Shown: positions 18,703-29,150 of the stretch, piece after piece
How the letters are laid out: the number at the start of each line of letters is the position of its first letter
How positions within the stretch are numbered: the first letter of the stretch is position 1
Assembly (NCBI GenBank): GCA_043816955.1
Contig: JBDRHL010000144.1
Span: 3,603 to 67,602 of the forward strand
Direction: 5' to 3'
Length of the DNA stretch: 64,000 nucleotides
Source: Planctomycetota bacterium
GTDB taxonomy: Bacteria; Planctomycetota; Phycisphaerae; Sedimentisphaerales; CAYZTY01
Program-made: the position numbers and the translations under genes
Notes under the pieces: model-generated
What the model saw: the letters and a program-made list of their open reading frames with translations, nothing else
What the model was told of the DNA's origin: nothing
Database searches by the model: none

Positions 18703-19452
18703 ATGGCTCGGGGCAGGCTGTCTCCTCTTTACGAAGCAATGAGCAAGAGTCGGCGGAAGACCGGCGGTGACAAAGGCTCAGGTCTGTTTTGGTCGAAACA
18801 AAAAGATGGCGGGATGGTGAAAGAAAGCGGCCTGGCGGCCAGTTGGCGTAAAAGGCCGAAACTGGTGCTTTTTAACGCGGGCCGAGTGGAGTTGTCGCTG
18901 CCTTACCCAATAGCGGTAACGGTGGTTCTGGTTTTGCTTCTTGTAATCCTCGGGGTGTTTCGGCTGGGCCAGCGCAGCAGGAGGGCAGGGGGCGGCGGGT
19001 TTGATAGTGACTTAAGGTACAGCGAGGCGGCATTGGAAGAGCCAACGGCGATGCCTGCTGGTGGTGTCAGGACGGAGGGGGGCAGGGCAGCGAGCGGCAA
19101 AGCGGCTGTGGTGCTGCCTGAGATGGTTACTGCTGAGAGCAGCGGGACCGGTGAATCACAAGGGACGGGCAACAATGTGATAGTGCTGGTGGAATATGCG
19201 ACGCGTGCCCAGCTTGTGCCGGTTCGGGATTACTTTGCGAGTAAGGGTATTGAGACTGAAATAATTGCGGAGGGGGGGCGATATTTTCTGGTTACAAAGA
19301 ACCGTTACCAGAATCCGGATAAAGAAGGAACCGACGGATATGCGACGAAACAAAAGATAATCGAAGCCGGCAGGGGATACAAGGCACCGGAAGGCTACGA
19401 GACATTTGCGCCTCGTCTGTTTAGTGATGCATACGGTAAAAAAGTAAAGTAG
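18703..19452 (+). CDS. Single-pass membrane protein with a C-terminal SPOR-like domain
   Basis: TM helix LPYPIAVTVVLVLLLVILGVF, then a disordered Gly/Ala-rich linker. The C-terminal region has a beta-alpha-beta-beta pattern (VIVLVEYATRAQLVPVRDYFASKGIETEIIAEGGRYFLVT). The domain call is tentative. Confidence 0.5.
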   Translation: MARGRLSPLYEAMSKSRRKTGGDKGSGLFWSKQKDGGMVKESGLAASWRKRPKLVLFNAGRVELSLPYPIAVTVVLVLLLVILGVFRLGQRSRRAGGGGFDSDLRYSEAALEEPTAMPAGGVRTEGGRAASGKAAVVLPEMVTAESSGTGESQGTGNNVIVLVEYATRAQLVPVRDYFASKGIETEIIAEGGRYFLVTKNRYQNPDKEGTDGYATKQKIIEAGRGYKAPEGYETFAPRLFSDAYGKKVK

Positions 19453-19470
19453 TTTTTTGGAGAGATGTTG

Positions 19471-19722
19471 ATGTCAATAGATCGTTCGTTGAAAATCAGA
19501 GGCGCTCTGCGCAGGCATCGCAATGTACTGTCGCGTGGGGAGCGTATCGAGCAGCTTAAAACGGAAGAGCGCTGGTCTGACGGCAATAGTGTTTTCGGGC
19601 TGGTTAAGGTTGCACACCGGATGTCTCATGCAGGGCGAAAGGAGAAGGCTGAGGAGGCTGCGGCTCAGGCAATTGCAGGTTCAGAACAACCTGTTGCCGG
19701 GGAAGAAAAGAAGGCTGAGTGA
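19471..19722 (+). CDS. Small basic protein (PVC-type 'sbp'-like)
   Basis: MSIDRSLKIRGALRRHRNVLSRGERIEQL resembles the conserved N-terminus of the PVC small basic protein family, recalled from memory. GGAGAG lies 6 nt before ATG 19471. Confidence 0.55.
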   Translation: MSIDRSLKIRGALRRHRNVLSRGERIEQLKTEERWSDGNSVFGLVKVAHRMSHAGRKEKAEEAAAQAIAGSEQPVAGEEKKAE

Positions 19723-19872
19723 TCCGGCATTTTTCAGAATTATGTCAAGAAGCGAGATGTCGCCTTTTTGTAGCTTTTTAGAGAAGATAAAAGGGCGGCA
19801 TTTTGCTTTTGATCGCAGGGCAGGGGGGTTTGGTGTGCAGAAAAAAGGAGATAAGATATTGAGAGCAGGGCA

Positions 19873-20982
19873 ATGAGAAAAATTCTGGCTGATCGGACGA
19901 AGGTAATTGATGCAAGCGGTATCCGGCGGGTTTTTGCTTTAGCGTCACAGATGAAAGATCCGATCAATTTTTCGATAGGTCAGCCGGATTTTGATGTGCC
20001 AGATGAATTGAAATCAGCGGCGATCAGGGCTATTGAATCGGGGGCGAACAAGTATACGCAGACAGCGGGGGAGGATTCTTTACGGGAGAAAATATCATCG
20101 CATGTTGTGAACGAGTTCGGCTGGCCGGACTGCAGGGTGCTGGTGACAAGCGGGGTAAGCGGGGGGCTGCTGCTTGTGTTTATGGCGCTTGTTAATCCTG
20201 GTGATGAGGTAATAATGGTGGATCCTTATTTTGTGATCTACAAACATATCGTCCGGATGCTTGGAGGCAGGTGTGTATTCGTGGAGAGCTATCCGGATTT
20301 TGAATTGCCGGTAACCGGCATTAAAACTGCGATAACAGACAGGACCAAGATGATAATAGTTAATTCCCCCGCGAATCCGACGGGTGTGGTATATAGTGCA
20401 GGTGAGCTTCAGCAGCTTGCAGAGGTTGCGGCGGCGCGTGATATAATCGTGATGAGCGACGAGATATACGAGAAGTTCTGTTATGACGGCCCGTGCGCAA
20501 GTATCTGCCGATACTACAGCCGGACAATTCTTTTGCGCGGTTTCGGGAAGGCTTACGGGATGACGGGTTGGCGTATGGGCTACGCAGCGGTAAATGAAAG
20601 CCTGAAAGATGTGCTCGAGGAGATGACCAAGATTCAGCAGTATACGTTCGTCTGTGCGCCATCAGCGTTTCAGCATGCTGCTGCGGCGGCGCTGGACTAT
20701 GATATGAGCGGTTTTGTGGCGGGATACCGGAAAAAGCGTGATATGATTTACGCCGGGCTGAAGGACAAGTTTGAAGTGGTCCGGCCTGGGGGGGCGTTTT
20801 ATATTTTCGTCAAGGCACCGGGGGGATCGGGGACGAAATTTGTGGAAAAGGCAATAGCAAACAGGGTTCTTGTTATTCCCGGCAATGTTTTCAGTGAGAA
20901 AGATACGCACTTTCGAGTAAGCTACGCAACAAGTGACGAAAAGATTGCCAGGGGGATTGAGATTCTTAACAGTATCGGGTAA
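19873..20982 (+). CDS. PLP-dependent aminotransferase, class I/II
   Basis: NSPANPTG motif and PLP-lysine motif RGFGKAYGMTGWRMGY. Confidence 0.9.
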   Translation: MRKILADRTKVIDASGIRRVFALASQMKDPINFSIGQPDFDVPDELKSAAIRAIESGANKYTQTAGEDSLREKISSHVVNEFGWPDCRVLVTSGVSGGLLLVFMALVNPGDEVIMVDPYFVIYKHIVRMLGGRCVFVESYPDFELPVTGIKTAITDRTKMIIVNSPANPTGVVYSAGELQQLAEVAAARDIIVMSDEIYEKFCYDGPCASICRYYSRTILLRGFGKAYGMTGWRMGYAAVNESLKDVLEEMTKIQQYTFVCAPSAFQHAAAAALDYDMSGFVAGYRKKRDMIYAGLKDKFEVVRPGGAFYIFVKAPGGSGTKFVEKAIANRVLVIPGNVFSEKDTHFRVSYATSDEKIARGIEILNSIG

Positions 20983-21033
20983 GTTAAGTGCCGATATCGA
21001 GCATTTCAAGGAATAATCAATAAAAAGGTATTT

Positions 21034-22761
21034 ATGATCAAAGAGATGGTTTTCGGTACAGTAGGGGGGCTGGGTTTGTTTCTGTTCGGCATGGGTCAGA
21101 TGTCGGATGGGCTGAAGAAGGCAGCAGGCCAGAAGCTCAAGAAGGTTCTGGAATCGATGACAAGGAATGCGTTTCTGGCATTTCTTGTGGGGCTGGGGGT
21201 GACAGCATTGATACAATCGAGCTCTGCAACGACGGTGATGGTCGTGGGTTTTGTCAATGCGGGGCTGCTTACGCTGAAGCAGGCAATCTGTGTTGTTATC
21301 GGGACGAATGTTGGTACGACGATGACGGCGTGGCTGGTGTCCATATCAGGGATAGAAATGGGTGCGTTCAAGGTTACCAGTTACGCTCTTCCGGCGATCG
21401 GGATAGGTTTTGTTCTATATGTTGCAGGACGCAGCAGAAGGATAAAGAACCTTGGGCAGATTATCCTGGGCTTCGGGCTGCTTTTTGTGGGCATCGGATT
21501 CATGAAGGATGCCTTTGAGGTTCTGGAGAAAAGTGAAAAGGTGCAAAAGCTATTTGTGTCGCTGGGCGGTCATCCATACCTTGCGATTCTAGCTGGGACG
21601 ATTGTAACCATGCTTCTGCAGAGCAGTTCGGCATCGATAGCGGTGGTACAATTGCTTGCGATAGGTGGCGCGTTCGGGAGCAACTGGGAAACTGCATTGA
21701 ATGTATCGATTCCGTTTGTTGTGGGCGGCAATATAGGTACGACGATAACGGCGCAGATAGCCGCGGTCGGTACAAACCTGGGGGCGCGGCGGACAGCGTG
21801 GGCACATACAGTCTTTAATATTCTGGGGGCAATAATTGCACTTCCTTTTATCTATCTCGGCTGGTTTGCAGCAGCGGTAAAACTGATCAGTCCATGGGAA
21901 CTGAGCGGGACGACTGTTGCAGCGAGTATCGCAGTTGCGCATACAATGTTTAATGTTATTAATTCGGCGATTTTTTTACCCCTGGCCAGTATACTCGAAA
22001 AAATAGTGACGTTTCTTGTCAGGCAAAAACCCAGCGATTTTATGATCGCGCCGGTTGTGCTGGAGGAGCATCTGCTCAATACCCCTCCGATCGCGATAGA
22101 TCAGGTGCGGCGTGAAATTGTGCTGATGGCCAAACACGCCAGAGACGCGATCAATTATGCAATCAGCGGATTGTTTGAGGCAGAGCGATTAAAATTCGAA
22201 CGTGCCAGGAAGACAGAAGATGTGCTGGATGAATTTCAGTATGAGATAACGTGTTATCTTTCGCGACTGTCGCAGAAGGAGATAAGCGAGGAAGTTTCGG
22301 TAGAGCTGCCGTTTCTGCTTCACAGCGTCAATGATCTGGAGCGTGTGGGAGACCATGCGGTAAATATTGTGGAAATAGCGGAACGTAAGATCGAGAATAA
22401 GGTTGAATTGAGCGATTTTGCGCAGGCGGAGTCTGTAGAGCTTCGCAACGAAATCAGCCAGATGGTGGACAGGATCGTTACTTCACTTGAGAATAATGAC
22501 CATCAGGCGGCTGAAGATGCGCTAGTTAATGAGGCAAATCTCAACCGGATGCAGGTCGAATTTCGGCAAAACCATGTCCAGCGGATTACCGACGGAACGT
22601 GTTCGGCAGTAGCGGGGCTGATTTTCATCGACTTTGTGGACAATGTGGAAAAGATAGGCGATCATCTTACGAACATAGCTCAGGCAACATTGGGGGGGCC
22701 GAAACGCAGCAGGGTACATAAGCTCAGTGATATAGCCGAAGTAAAGAATACGAGCAGTTAA
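21034..22761 (+). CDS. Na/Pi cotransporter family protein with a C-terminal PhoU-like domain
   Basis: GLGLFLFGM..MS.GLK, two QSSSA repeats and a C-terminal helical PhoU-like pair (DLERVGDHA / EKIGDHL). Confidence 0.9.
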   Translation: MIKEMVFGTVGGLGLFLFGMGQMSDGLKKAAGQKLKKVLESMTRNAFLAFLVGLGVTALIQSSSATTVMVVGFVNAGLLTLKQAICVVIGTNVGTTMTAWLVSISGIEMGAFKVTSYALPAIGIGFVLYVAGRSRRIKNLGQIILGFGLLFVGIGFMKDAFEVLEKSEKVQKLFVSLGGHPYLAILAGTIVTMLLQSSSASIAVVQLLAIGGAFGSNWETALNVSIPFVVGGNIGTTITAQIAAVGTNLGARRTAWAHTVFNILGAIIALPFIYLGWFAAAVKLISPWELSGTTVAASIAVAHTMFNVINSAIFLPLASILEKIVTFLVRQKPSDFMIAPVVLEEHLLNTPPIAIDQVRREIVLMAKHARDAINYAISGLFEAERLKFERARKTEDVLDEFQYEITCYLSRLSQKEISEEVSVELPFLLHSVNDLERVGDHAVNIVEIAERKIENKVELSDFAQAESVELRNEISQMVDRIVTSLENNDHQAAEDALVNEANLNRMQVEFRQNHVQRITDGTCSAVAGLIFIDFVDNVEKIGDHLTNIAQATLGGPKRSRVHKLSDIAEVKNTSS

Positions 22762-22766
22762 CAATA

Positions 22767-24443
22767 ATGGTCATAGATATAATTTTTGGAACGGCGGGTG
22801 GTCTGGGGCTGTTTTTGTACGGCATGGGCCAGATGTCCGAAGGTCTGAAAAAGGCGGCGGGACAAAGGCTCAAAAGCATTCTGGAATCCATGACAAAGAA
22901 GCGGATTGTCGGGTGTCTTGTGGGGGCAGGGGTAACAGCTTTGATCCAGTCGAGCTCGGCAGCGACGGTAATGATAATCGGTTTTGTCAACGCGGGGCTG
23001 TTGACGCTCAAACAGGCGATATCGGTGATAATCGGGACGAATATCGGCACGACAGCGACAGCATGGCTGGTCTCGATATCGGGGTTTGAAGCATTTAAGA
23101 TAACCACGTATGCTCTTCCTGCAGTAGCAATAGGATTTGGTATGCAGGTTCTGGGCAGAAGGCGTGTAATTAAGGATGGCGGGCAGATATTACTGGGTTT
23201 CGGCATTCTTTTTATCGGCATCGGTTTCATGAAGAGCGCATTTGCGGGCCTGGAGCAAAATCCTGAGGTGCAGAGGCTTTTTGTTGGTACTGCTGACAAT
23301 CCTGTGCTGGCGATTTTTGCAGGGATGGCAATTACAATGCTGATCCAAAGCAGTTCGGCGGCTGTGGCGAGCGTTCAGCTTCTCGCGGCGGGAGGGGCTT
23401 TCGGTACGGACTGGGAGGCAGCAGTTAGTGTTGCGATACCATTTATCCTGGGAAGCAATATCGGCACAACTATAACTGCCCAACTGGCGGCGATTCAGAC
23501 GAACCGAAACGCACGTCGGGCTGCATGGGCGCATACGATGTTTAACGTGATAGGGGCATTTATCTGTTTCTGGTTCATCGGTGCACTCGGAAAAGCGGTG
23601 CTGATGATCAGTCCTGTGAAACTTGGTGCAACAAGCATCGCGATGTGTATCGCGATTGCCCATACTATGATCAAGGTCATTGAGGCGGTAATCTTCCTGC
23701 CGCTCAGCGGTGTTCTGGAAAAGATAGTCATTGTTCTTATAAAGCCGGACAAGAGAGAAAAAGAAAAGCAATATGTCGCGCTGGAAGAGCATCTTCTGGA
23801 TACGCCTGTTATAGCGATAGAGCAGGCCAGGCGTGAGATAGTCCGGATGGCCAAGCGTGCCAGAAGGGCGGTGAACGCGGCGGTAAGAGGTTTTGCGGAA
23901 AATGACAGGAGGCGTCTGGAGAGCGTCCAGAAGATCGAGGATATTGTGGATAAGTCCCAGTATGAGATAACAGCTTATCTGGCGGCGCTATCGGAGCGGC
24001 AGATAAGTGCAGGTGTTTCGATCGAGCTTCCCGTTCTGCTCCATACGGTCAACGACCTTGAGCGTGTGGGGGATCACGCGGTGAACATTGTTGAAATAGC
24101 CCAGCGTAAGTTGGAACAGGGTATTGAATTCAGCGAATCGGCGAATGCAGAGGTGGGTTGTCTGCGCAGCGAAGTGAATGAGATGCTCGAACGGATTGTT
24201 TTAGTGCTGGCAAGAAACGACAAGGATCTGGCGGCTAAAGCACTGGAAAATGAAGAGCATCTAAACAGGATGCAGGTTGATTTTCGCCGAAGTCACGTTC
24301 AACGTATGACGGATGGAAAATGCTCTGCCATGGCAGGAGTGATTTTTATCGATCTTGTGGACAACATCGAGAAGATCGGGGACCACCTGACGAATATTGC
24401 CCAGGCGGCAATAGGGGGCCTGCGGTGGGACAATGTGGATTAG
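22767..24443 (+). CDS. Na/Pi cotransporter family protein (tandem paralog)
   Basis: Same motifs and architecture as 21034-22761, separated by a 5-nt gap. Confidence 0.9.
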   Translation: MVIDIIFGTAGGLGLFLYGMGQMSEGLKKAAGQRLKSILESMTKKRIVGCLVGAGVTALIQSSSAATVMIIGFVNAGLLTLKQAISVIIGTNIGTTATAWLVSISGFEAFKITTYALPAVAIGFGMQVLGRRRVIKDGGQILLGFGILFIGIGFMKSAFAGLEQNPEVQRLFVGTADNPVLAIFAGMAITMLIQSSSAAVASVQLLAAGGAFGTDWEAAVSVAIPFILGSNIGTTITAQLAAIQTNRNARRAAWAHTMFNVIGAFICFWFIGALGKAVLMISPVKLGATSIAMCIAIAHTMIKVIEAVIFLPLSGVLEKIVIVLIKPDKREKEKQYVALEEHLLDTPVIAIEQARREIVRMAKRARRAVNAAVRGFAENDRRRLESVQKIEDIVDKSQYEITAYLAALSERQISAGVSIELPVLLHTVNDLERVGDHAVNIVEIAQRKLEQGIEFSESANAEVGCLRSEVNEMLERIVLVLARNDKDLAAKALENEEHLNRMQVDFRRSHVQRMTDGKCSAMAGVIFIDLVDNIEKIGDHLTNIAQAAIGGLRWDNVD

Positions 24444-24523
24444 GCCGAGAACTGGTGTTGAGTTTTGTATTGCGGGGTTAAATTTGCCTTGTTATTGTTG
24501 TTTTTTTGGGTAGAATTCTGTTT

Positions 24524-26080
24524 ATGAGAGTGGCTATCAGGGTAGCAACATTTGTTTGTATGAGTCTTGCGGCTGTCCGGGGTTTCGGCCCAAGTGAAGA
24601 GGTCGTCAAGGAGGTTAACCAGCCGGCATGGACAGCGGAGCCGCAGCAGTTCAAGGTGGCAGTGATACCCTGCAAGGGGCTGATTGACGAGGGGCTTTAT
24701 AAGTCTATTCGCCGGCGAACGGAGCTTGCCCTAGGGGATGGCGCCAAATATATATTATACGATATAAGCACATACGGGGGGCTTGTAAAAGCAGCGGATG
24801 ACATCAGCAAGTATTTCATTCTTGAGCTTGGAAATAAAGTACACACGGTCGCATATATTTCCACGGAGGCGATTTCGGCTGGGGCGATGATCAGCGTTTC
24901 GTGCGAGGACGTAATTATGCGCAGGAGCACGCTGATAGGCGATGCTGCACCGGTGCTGATGGGAGGGAAGCTGGAGGGGGTGGAGCGTGAGAAGAACGAA
25001 GCATATATTCGCGAGACATTTGCCCGGGCGGCTGAGGCACACGGGTACCCTGAGATGCTATTGAAGGCAATGGTAACACATACGCTGAAAGTATACCGTG
25101 TCAAGAACCTCAAGAGCGGAAAGTACGAATTCATCGATGCCGATGTTCTTCCGAGCGATTCGAACGAATACGACCTTGCAAACAAGGAGCTGGTTTCAAA
25201 GGAAGGTCAGCTTCTGACGCTGACGGCAGGCAAGGCACTTGAGTATGGAATCGCCAGAGCGGTTGTGGAGAATATTGAGGAGGCACTTGCTTTCCTTGCT
25301 GAGCGTGACGGAGTGGTATTTGCAGGAAAGCCGCTGACGTATGAGACGAACTGGTCGGAAGAGATGGTTCGGTGGCTGAATTCTCCTGTTGTTATGAGCA
25401 TTTTAACGATGGCTGCTTTGCTGGCTCTTTATATAGAGTTTAACACGCCGGGTATAGGACTGCCCGGGCTCATAGCGGTGACATGTTTTGTCATCATGTT
25501 CGGCAGCAAGTACCTTGTCGGGCTTGCGAACTGGGTTGAGATAGCGGTGTTTTTGCTGGGTATTATCCTGCTGATGATAGAGATATTCATTACACCGGGT
25601 TTCGGAGTGCTGGGTCTTGCGGGCATAATCTGCATCTGTGCAGGGCTTTTCGGGATGCTGATAGAGAATCCGCCCGAGAAGCTTCCATGGCCCAAGGCAG
25701 TGATCGAATGGGAGATTCTGGTTGACGGTCTGCTAGCGATATCGGCAGGTTTTCTGGGTTTTGTTGTCGTGGCGTGGGTATTTGCCAAACATCTGCCCCG
25801 ATTGAGTTTTCTGAAGGGGCTTGCTCTTGCGGCGGCTGCGGGGGGCGGCAAGTTACCTGTGAGCATGACGCTGCCGCCGGAGGCAGTTAAAGCAGGCAGA
25901 GGGCTGGAGATTGGCGAAGTCGGCGAGGTTATTTCGGCACTTCGGCCTGTCGGGCAGGCGCGATTCGGTGAAGCCTATGTGGATGTTGTGGCGCACGCGG
26001 AGTTCATAGCCAAGGGGCAAAAAGTGGAGATAACCGAGATTCACGGGAACAGGGTAGTGGTCAAAGCGGTACAGGGATAA
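24524..26080 (+). CDS. Membrane-bound ClpP-class serine protease, long NfeD (COG1030-like)
   Basis: A ClpP-like periplasmic domain (DISTYGGLV...ISTEAISAGAMI), then 4-5 TM helices and a C-terminal OB-like NfeD domain (GEVISALRPVGQARFGEAYVDVVA). Confidence 0.85.
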   Translation: MRVAIRVATFVCMSLAAVRGFGPSEEVVKEVNQPAWTAEPQQFKVAVIPCKGLIDEGLYKSIRRRTELALGDGAKYILYDISTYGGLVKAADDISKYFILELGNKVHTVAYISTEAISAGAMISVSCEDVIMRRSTLIGDAAPVLMGGKLEGVEREKNEAYIRETFARAAEAHGYPEMLLKAMVTHTLKVYRVKNLKSGKYEFIDADVLPSDSNEYDLANKELVSKEGQLLTLTAGKALEYGIARAVVENIEEALAFLAERDGVVFAGKPLTYETNWSEEMVRWLNSPVVMSILTMAALLALYIEFNTPGIGLPGLIAVTCFVIMFGSKYLVGLANWVEIAVFLLGIILLMIEIFITPGFGVLGLAGIICICAGLFGMLIENPPEKLPWPKAVIEWEILVDGLLAISAGFLGFVVVAWVFAKHLPRLSFLKGLALAAAAGGGKLPVSMTLPPEAVKAGRGLEIGEVGEVISALRPVGQARFGEAYVDVVAHAEFIAKGQKVEITEIHGNRVVVKAVQG

Positions 26081-26093
26081 GAGGATACGAGTT

Positions 26094-26594
26094 ATGAATG
26101 CAGCATGGCTGATTTTTGCGGTTTTTTTGTTTTTGACCTGTGCGGTGCTGCTGGTTGTAGAGGTGTTTGTGCCGAGCTTAGGGCTGTTGACGCTGTGCGC
26201 GCTGGGGGCAGCAGCAGGGGGGATCGCGATATTTTTTAATCACAGCCAAGCGGCAGGATGGGGCGGCGTTGTTGTAGCGGTGATTATGATTCCAGCGGTA
26301 TGGATCATTACCTACAGGTTATTTCCAAAGACGCGTTTTGGTAAAAACGTGACCCTGCGGATGCCGGTGCGTGAGAAGGGAGACGGCGTGCCTGATACGC
26401 CGGAATTGAAGAGGCTTCTGGGCAGCGTGGGGGTGGTTGTGACCCCTTTGCGGCCTGTGGGGACGTGTGATTTTTCGGGGCAGCGGGTAGAGTGCGTGGC
26501 GGAAAGCGGGTATATCGAGTCGAACGAAACGGTGCGAGTGATACGTGTTGAGGGGACTCAGCTTACGGTTCGCTTGCAGAAAAATGAAAACTAA
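26094..26594 (+). CDS. Short NfeD-family protein
   Basis: Three TM helices plus a C-terminal OB-like segment (GVVVTPLRPVGTCDFSGQRVECVAE). Confidence 0.8.
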   Translation: MNAAWLIFAVFLFLTCAVLLVVEVFVPSLGLLTLCALGAAAGGIAIFFNHSQAAGWGGVVVAVIMIPAVWIITYRLFPKTRFGKNVTLRMPVREKGDGVPDTPELKRLLGSVGVVVTPLRPVGTCDFSGQRVECVAESGYIESNETVRVIRVEGTQLTVRLQKNEN

Positions 26595-26612
26595 TTTGAA
26601 AGGGACTCAGAG

Positions 26613-27644
26613 ATGTTTTATCAGATGTATACAGGTTTGCTGGCGGCAGTGATAAATCCGTTCAAGGTCGGCGGAATCATTATAGCGATAATAGCTATCC
26701 TGGTTCTGATGGCTTTGATACTAAAGTACGGCAGGTTGTGGTTACAAGCGTGGCTGAGCGGAGCGCGGGTTTCGATTGCCGAACTGATCGGGATGACTCT
26801 TCGCCGTGTGGACGCCAGGTCAATAGTAATAAACCGGATCACCGCGATGCAGGCGGGAGTGGAAATATCGAGGCAGGACCTTGAGAGCCATTATCTTGCG
26901 GGAGGGCGGGTGACAAACGTGGTTCGAGCGCTGATAGCAGCGAACCGGGCCAATATTGAGCTGACACTAAAGACGGCAACGGCGATTGATTTAGCGGGGC
27001 GTGACATCCTGGAGGCGGTGCAGACAAGCGTTAATCCGAAGGTGATCGACTGTCCGAACCCGGCAAAGGGAAGAGATACGGTGGATGCCGTGGCGCAGGA
27101 CGGGATCCAGCTTAAGGCAAAAGCTCGTGTAACAGTGCGGGCGAATATCGAAAGGCTGATCGGCGGAGCGACGGAAGAGACGATTATCGCGCGTGTGGGC
27201 GAAGGTATTGTTACGACGATCGGCAGTGCGATATCACACAAGAGCGTGCTTGAGAATCCTGACAAGATCTCCAAAGCAGTGCTGAACAAGGGGCTTGACG
27301 CGGGGACAGCGTTTGAAATACTTTCGATAGATATTGCAGATGTGGATGTCGGCGAGAATATCGGTGCTCAGCTTCAAAAGGCACAGGCGTACGCGGACCA
27401 GGAGCGGGCAAAAGCCGAGGCAGAAAAGCGGCGAGCGATGGCGGTAGCGCGTGAGCAGGAGATGAAGGCACTAGTGCAGGAGAACCGAGCGAAGGTGGTC
27501 CTCGCGGAGGCAGAGGTTCCGCTGGCGATCGCTGAGGCATTCCGCAAGGGCAATATGGGTATAATGGATTATTACCGGTTAAAGAACATCAATGCTGATA
27601 CGGAGATGCGCAGTTCAATCGCGACGCCTAAGAAAAAGGAATAG
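26613..27644 (+). CDS. floA: Flotillin-like protein FloA (SPFH domain, YqfA/UPF0365)
   Basis: Close collinear resemblance to FloA: [20 protein letters not shown], then GG.V..V..ALIAA..A.I.L, then [13 protein letters not shown], then a C-terminal MGIMDYY. Confidence 0.9.
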   Translation: MFYQMYTGLLAAVINPFKVGGIIIAIIAILVLMALILKYGRLWLQAWLSGARVSIAELIGMTLRRVDARSIVINRITAMQAGVEISRQDLESHYLAGGRVTNVVRALIAANRANIELTLKTATAIDLAGRDILEAVQTSVNPKVIDCPNPAKGRDTVDAVAQDGIQLKAKARVTVRANIERLIGGATEETIIARVGEGIVTTIGSAISHKSVLENPDKISKAVLNKGLDAGTAFEILSIDIADVDVGENIGAQLQKAQAYADQERAKAEAEKRRAMAVAREQEMKALVQENRAKVVLAEAEVPLAIAEAFRKGNMGIMDYYRLKNINADTEMRSSIATPKKKE

Positions 27645-27649
27645 CAGGT

Positions 27650-28291
27650 ATGCTTGAGTTCTTGCGACAATTCGGTCTGCTGGCACGGGATAAAAAGGGT
27701 GACGGCGGGGGCCTGATGCAGCTTGTGGTCCTGGGGGTAATGGCGGCGCTTTACCTGTTTGGTGCAATCGCCAAGTCACGTGCCGGGAGAGAATCCAAGG
27801 AAGGTGAAGAATCGCCGTCTGAAAAGAGTACCAGAGGCAGGGAAACGATTGAAGAGTTCATCACAAAGGTTGTGTCCGAAGAAGGCAACTTTGCGCAAAA
27901 GAAATCGACGGAGATAACCAGGGCGGACGAATGGCGGAGCAAGCGGCTTGAGCAGAGAGCGGTATCTACAGGAGATCAAGCAGGGCGGCTGGGTGCTGAT
28001 GTTCGCAAGCCACGCACACAGCCGCTGGCGGCGGCAAGGCAGGGAAAACCGCAGCAGGCACAGAAGCCGATGGTGCAGCCGGTACAGCAAGCGGCGAAAA
28101 AAATCGAGCCAGCAAAACGGACAGAAATTCCTGCGGCAGAGGAAGCTGAGGTTGAATTTGCGGAGCAGCTACACCTGGATGAGCCGCAGGACCTTCAGAA
28201 GGCTATCGTCTATGCCGAGATACTGGGCAAGCCTGTCGGGCTGCGAACAGGCGGCGAGGACGGTGAAGGAGGAATAGGAACGCTGTTCTAG
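27650..28291 (+). CDS. Hypothetical single-pass membrane protein, largely disordered and charged
   Basis: TM LMQLVVLGVMAALYLFGAIA. The sequence is long and rich in K/E/Q/A. The start lies 5 nt after the floA stop, so it is probably co-transcribed. Confidence 0.55.
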   Translation: MLEFLRQFGLLARDKKGDGGGLMQLVVLGVMAALYLFGAIAKSRAGRESKEGEESPSEKSTRGRETIEEFITKVVSEEGNFAQKKSTEITRADEWRSKRLEQRAVSTGDQAGRLGADVRKPRTQPLAAARQGKPQQAQKPMVQPVQQAAKKIEPAKRTEIPAAEEAEVEFAEQLHLDEPQDLQKAIVYAEILGKPVGLRTGGEDGEGGIGTLF

Positions 28292-28320
28292 CCTATGATA
28301 TTGTGGATGCCCTACATCTA

Positions 28321-28914
28321 CTATATTTTCGTCCCGAATTTGTTGTAGTGGGTAATATCGATAAGTCTGTGTTTCGGCACATGAAGGGTGTTGTTGTCGT
28401 CAAGATAATATTTTACGCTGTCGGGCAGAGCATCTTCCATCACAGGTGTTTCGTCGGGGACTCCAAGAGCAATAACTGAGTCGATGTGGAGATGATCGGG
28501 AATCCGCAATAAATCCTTGAGGTTGTCCCGGTTGATAGAGCCAAGCCAGCAGGAGCCGATTCCTTTAGCCCAGGCCAGAAGAAGGACATTCTCAACGGCG
28601 GCTCCGACATCGGCAGATGCAAACTGGGCGGGTGTTACTGCGTGATCGACCAAAACCACTATATAGGCGACAGGCTCCCGGCTGGGAGGGGGATTTCGTT
28701 TAGGCTGAACATAGGCAGCCCAGGCTAACTGCTCAAAGACTCTACTGCACAGGGGTAGATTATCCACCACGACATACCGGATCGGCTGGCGGTTCGCCGC
28801 TGAAGGAGCGCAGCGGGCTGCCTCGATGAGCGTCAGCAGAACGGCCTTATCTATCGGGTCCTGCCTGAAACGTCTTATACTTCGTCTTGTCCTGATAATT
28901 GTGTCAAAATCCAT
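28321..28914 (-). CDS. Nitroreductase family protein
   Basis: RRSIRRF and P.APSAANRQP motifs. I took the internal ATG 28914 as the start. Confidence 0.85.
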   Translation of the reverse strand: MDFDTIIRTRRSIRRFRQDPIDKAVLLTLIEAARCAPSAANRQPIRYVVVDNLPLCSRVFEQLAWAAYVQPKRNPPPSREPVAYIVVLVDHAVTPAQFASADVGAAVENVLLLAWAKGIGSCWLGSINRDNLKDLLRIPDHLHIDSVIALGVPDETPVMEDALPDSVKYYLDDNNTLHVPKHRLIDITHYNKFGTKI

Positions 28915-29150
28915 TTTTGCTTCCTTAAATGAATATATGTGCATGCTTCGGATGAAAGGATATCATCGGCTGAGCGAGGTTGAAAGTTTAATCCTTGGCT
29001 GAAGCAACTTAGTTCAATGAGGAGTGTATCAAGCGGAAGGGCCGATTGCAGGCCCCTGCTGCCCTATCGACGTCCCATAATATATGTTATGTTTCATTCG
29101 AGCGAAAGCGATCTAGCTTTTAAAACATTGTAAAATAAGCGGGTTGGGTG

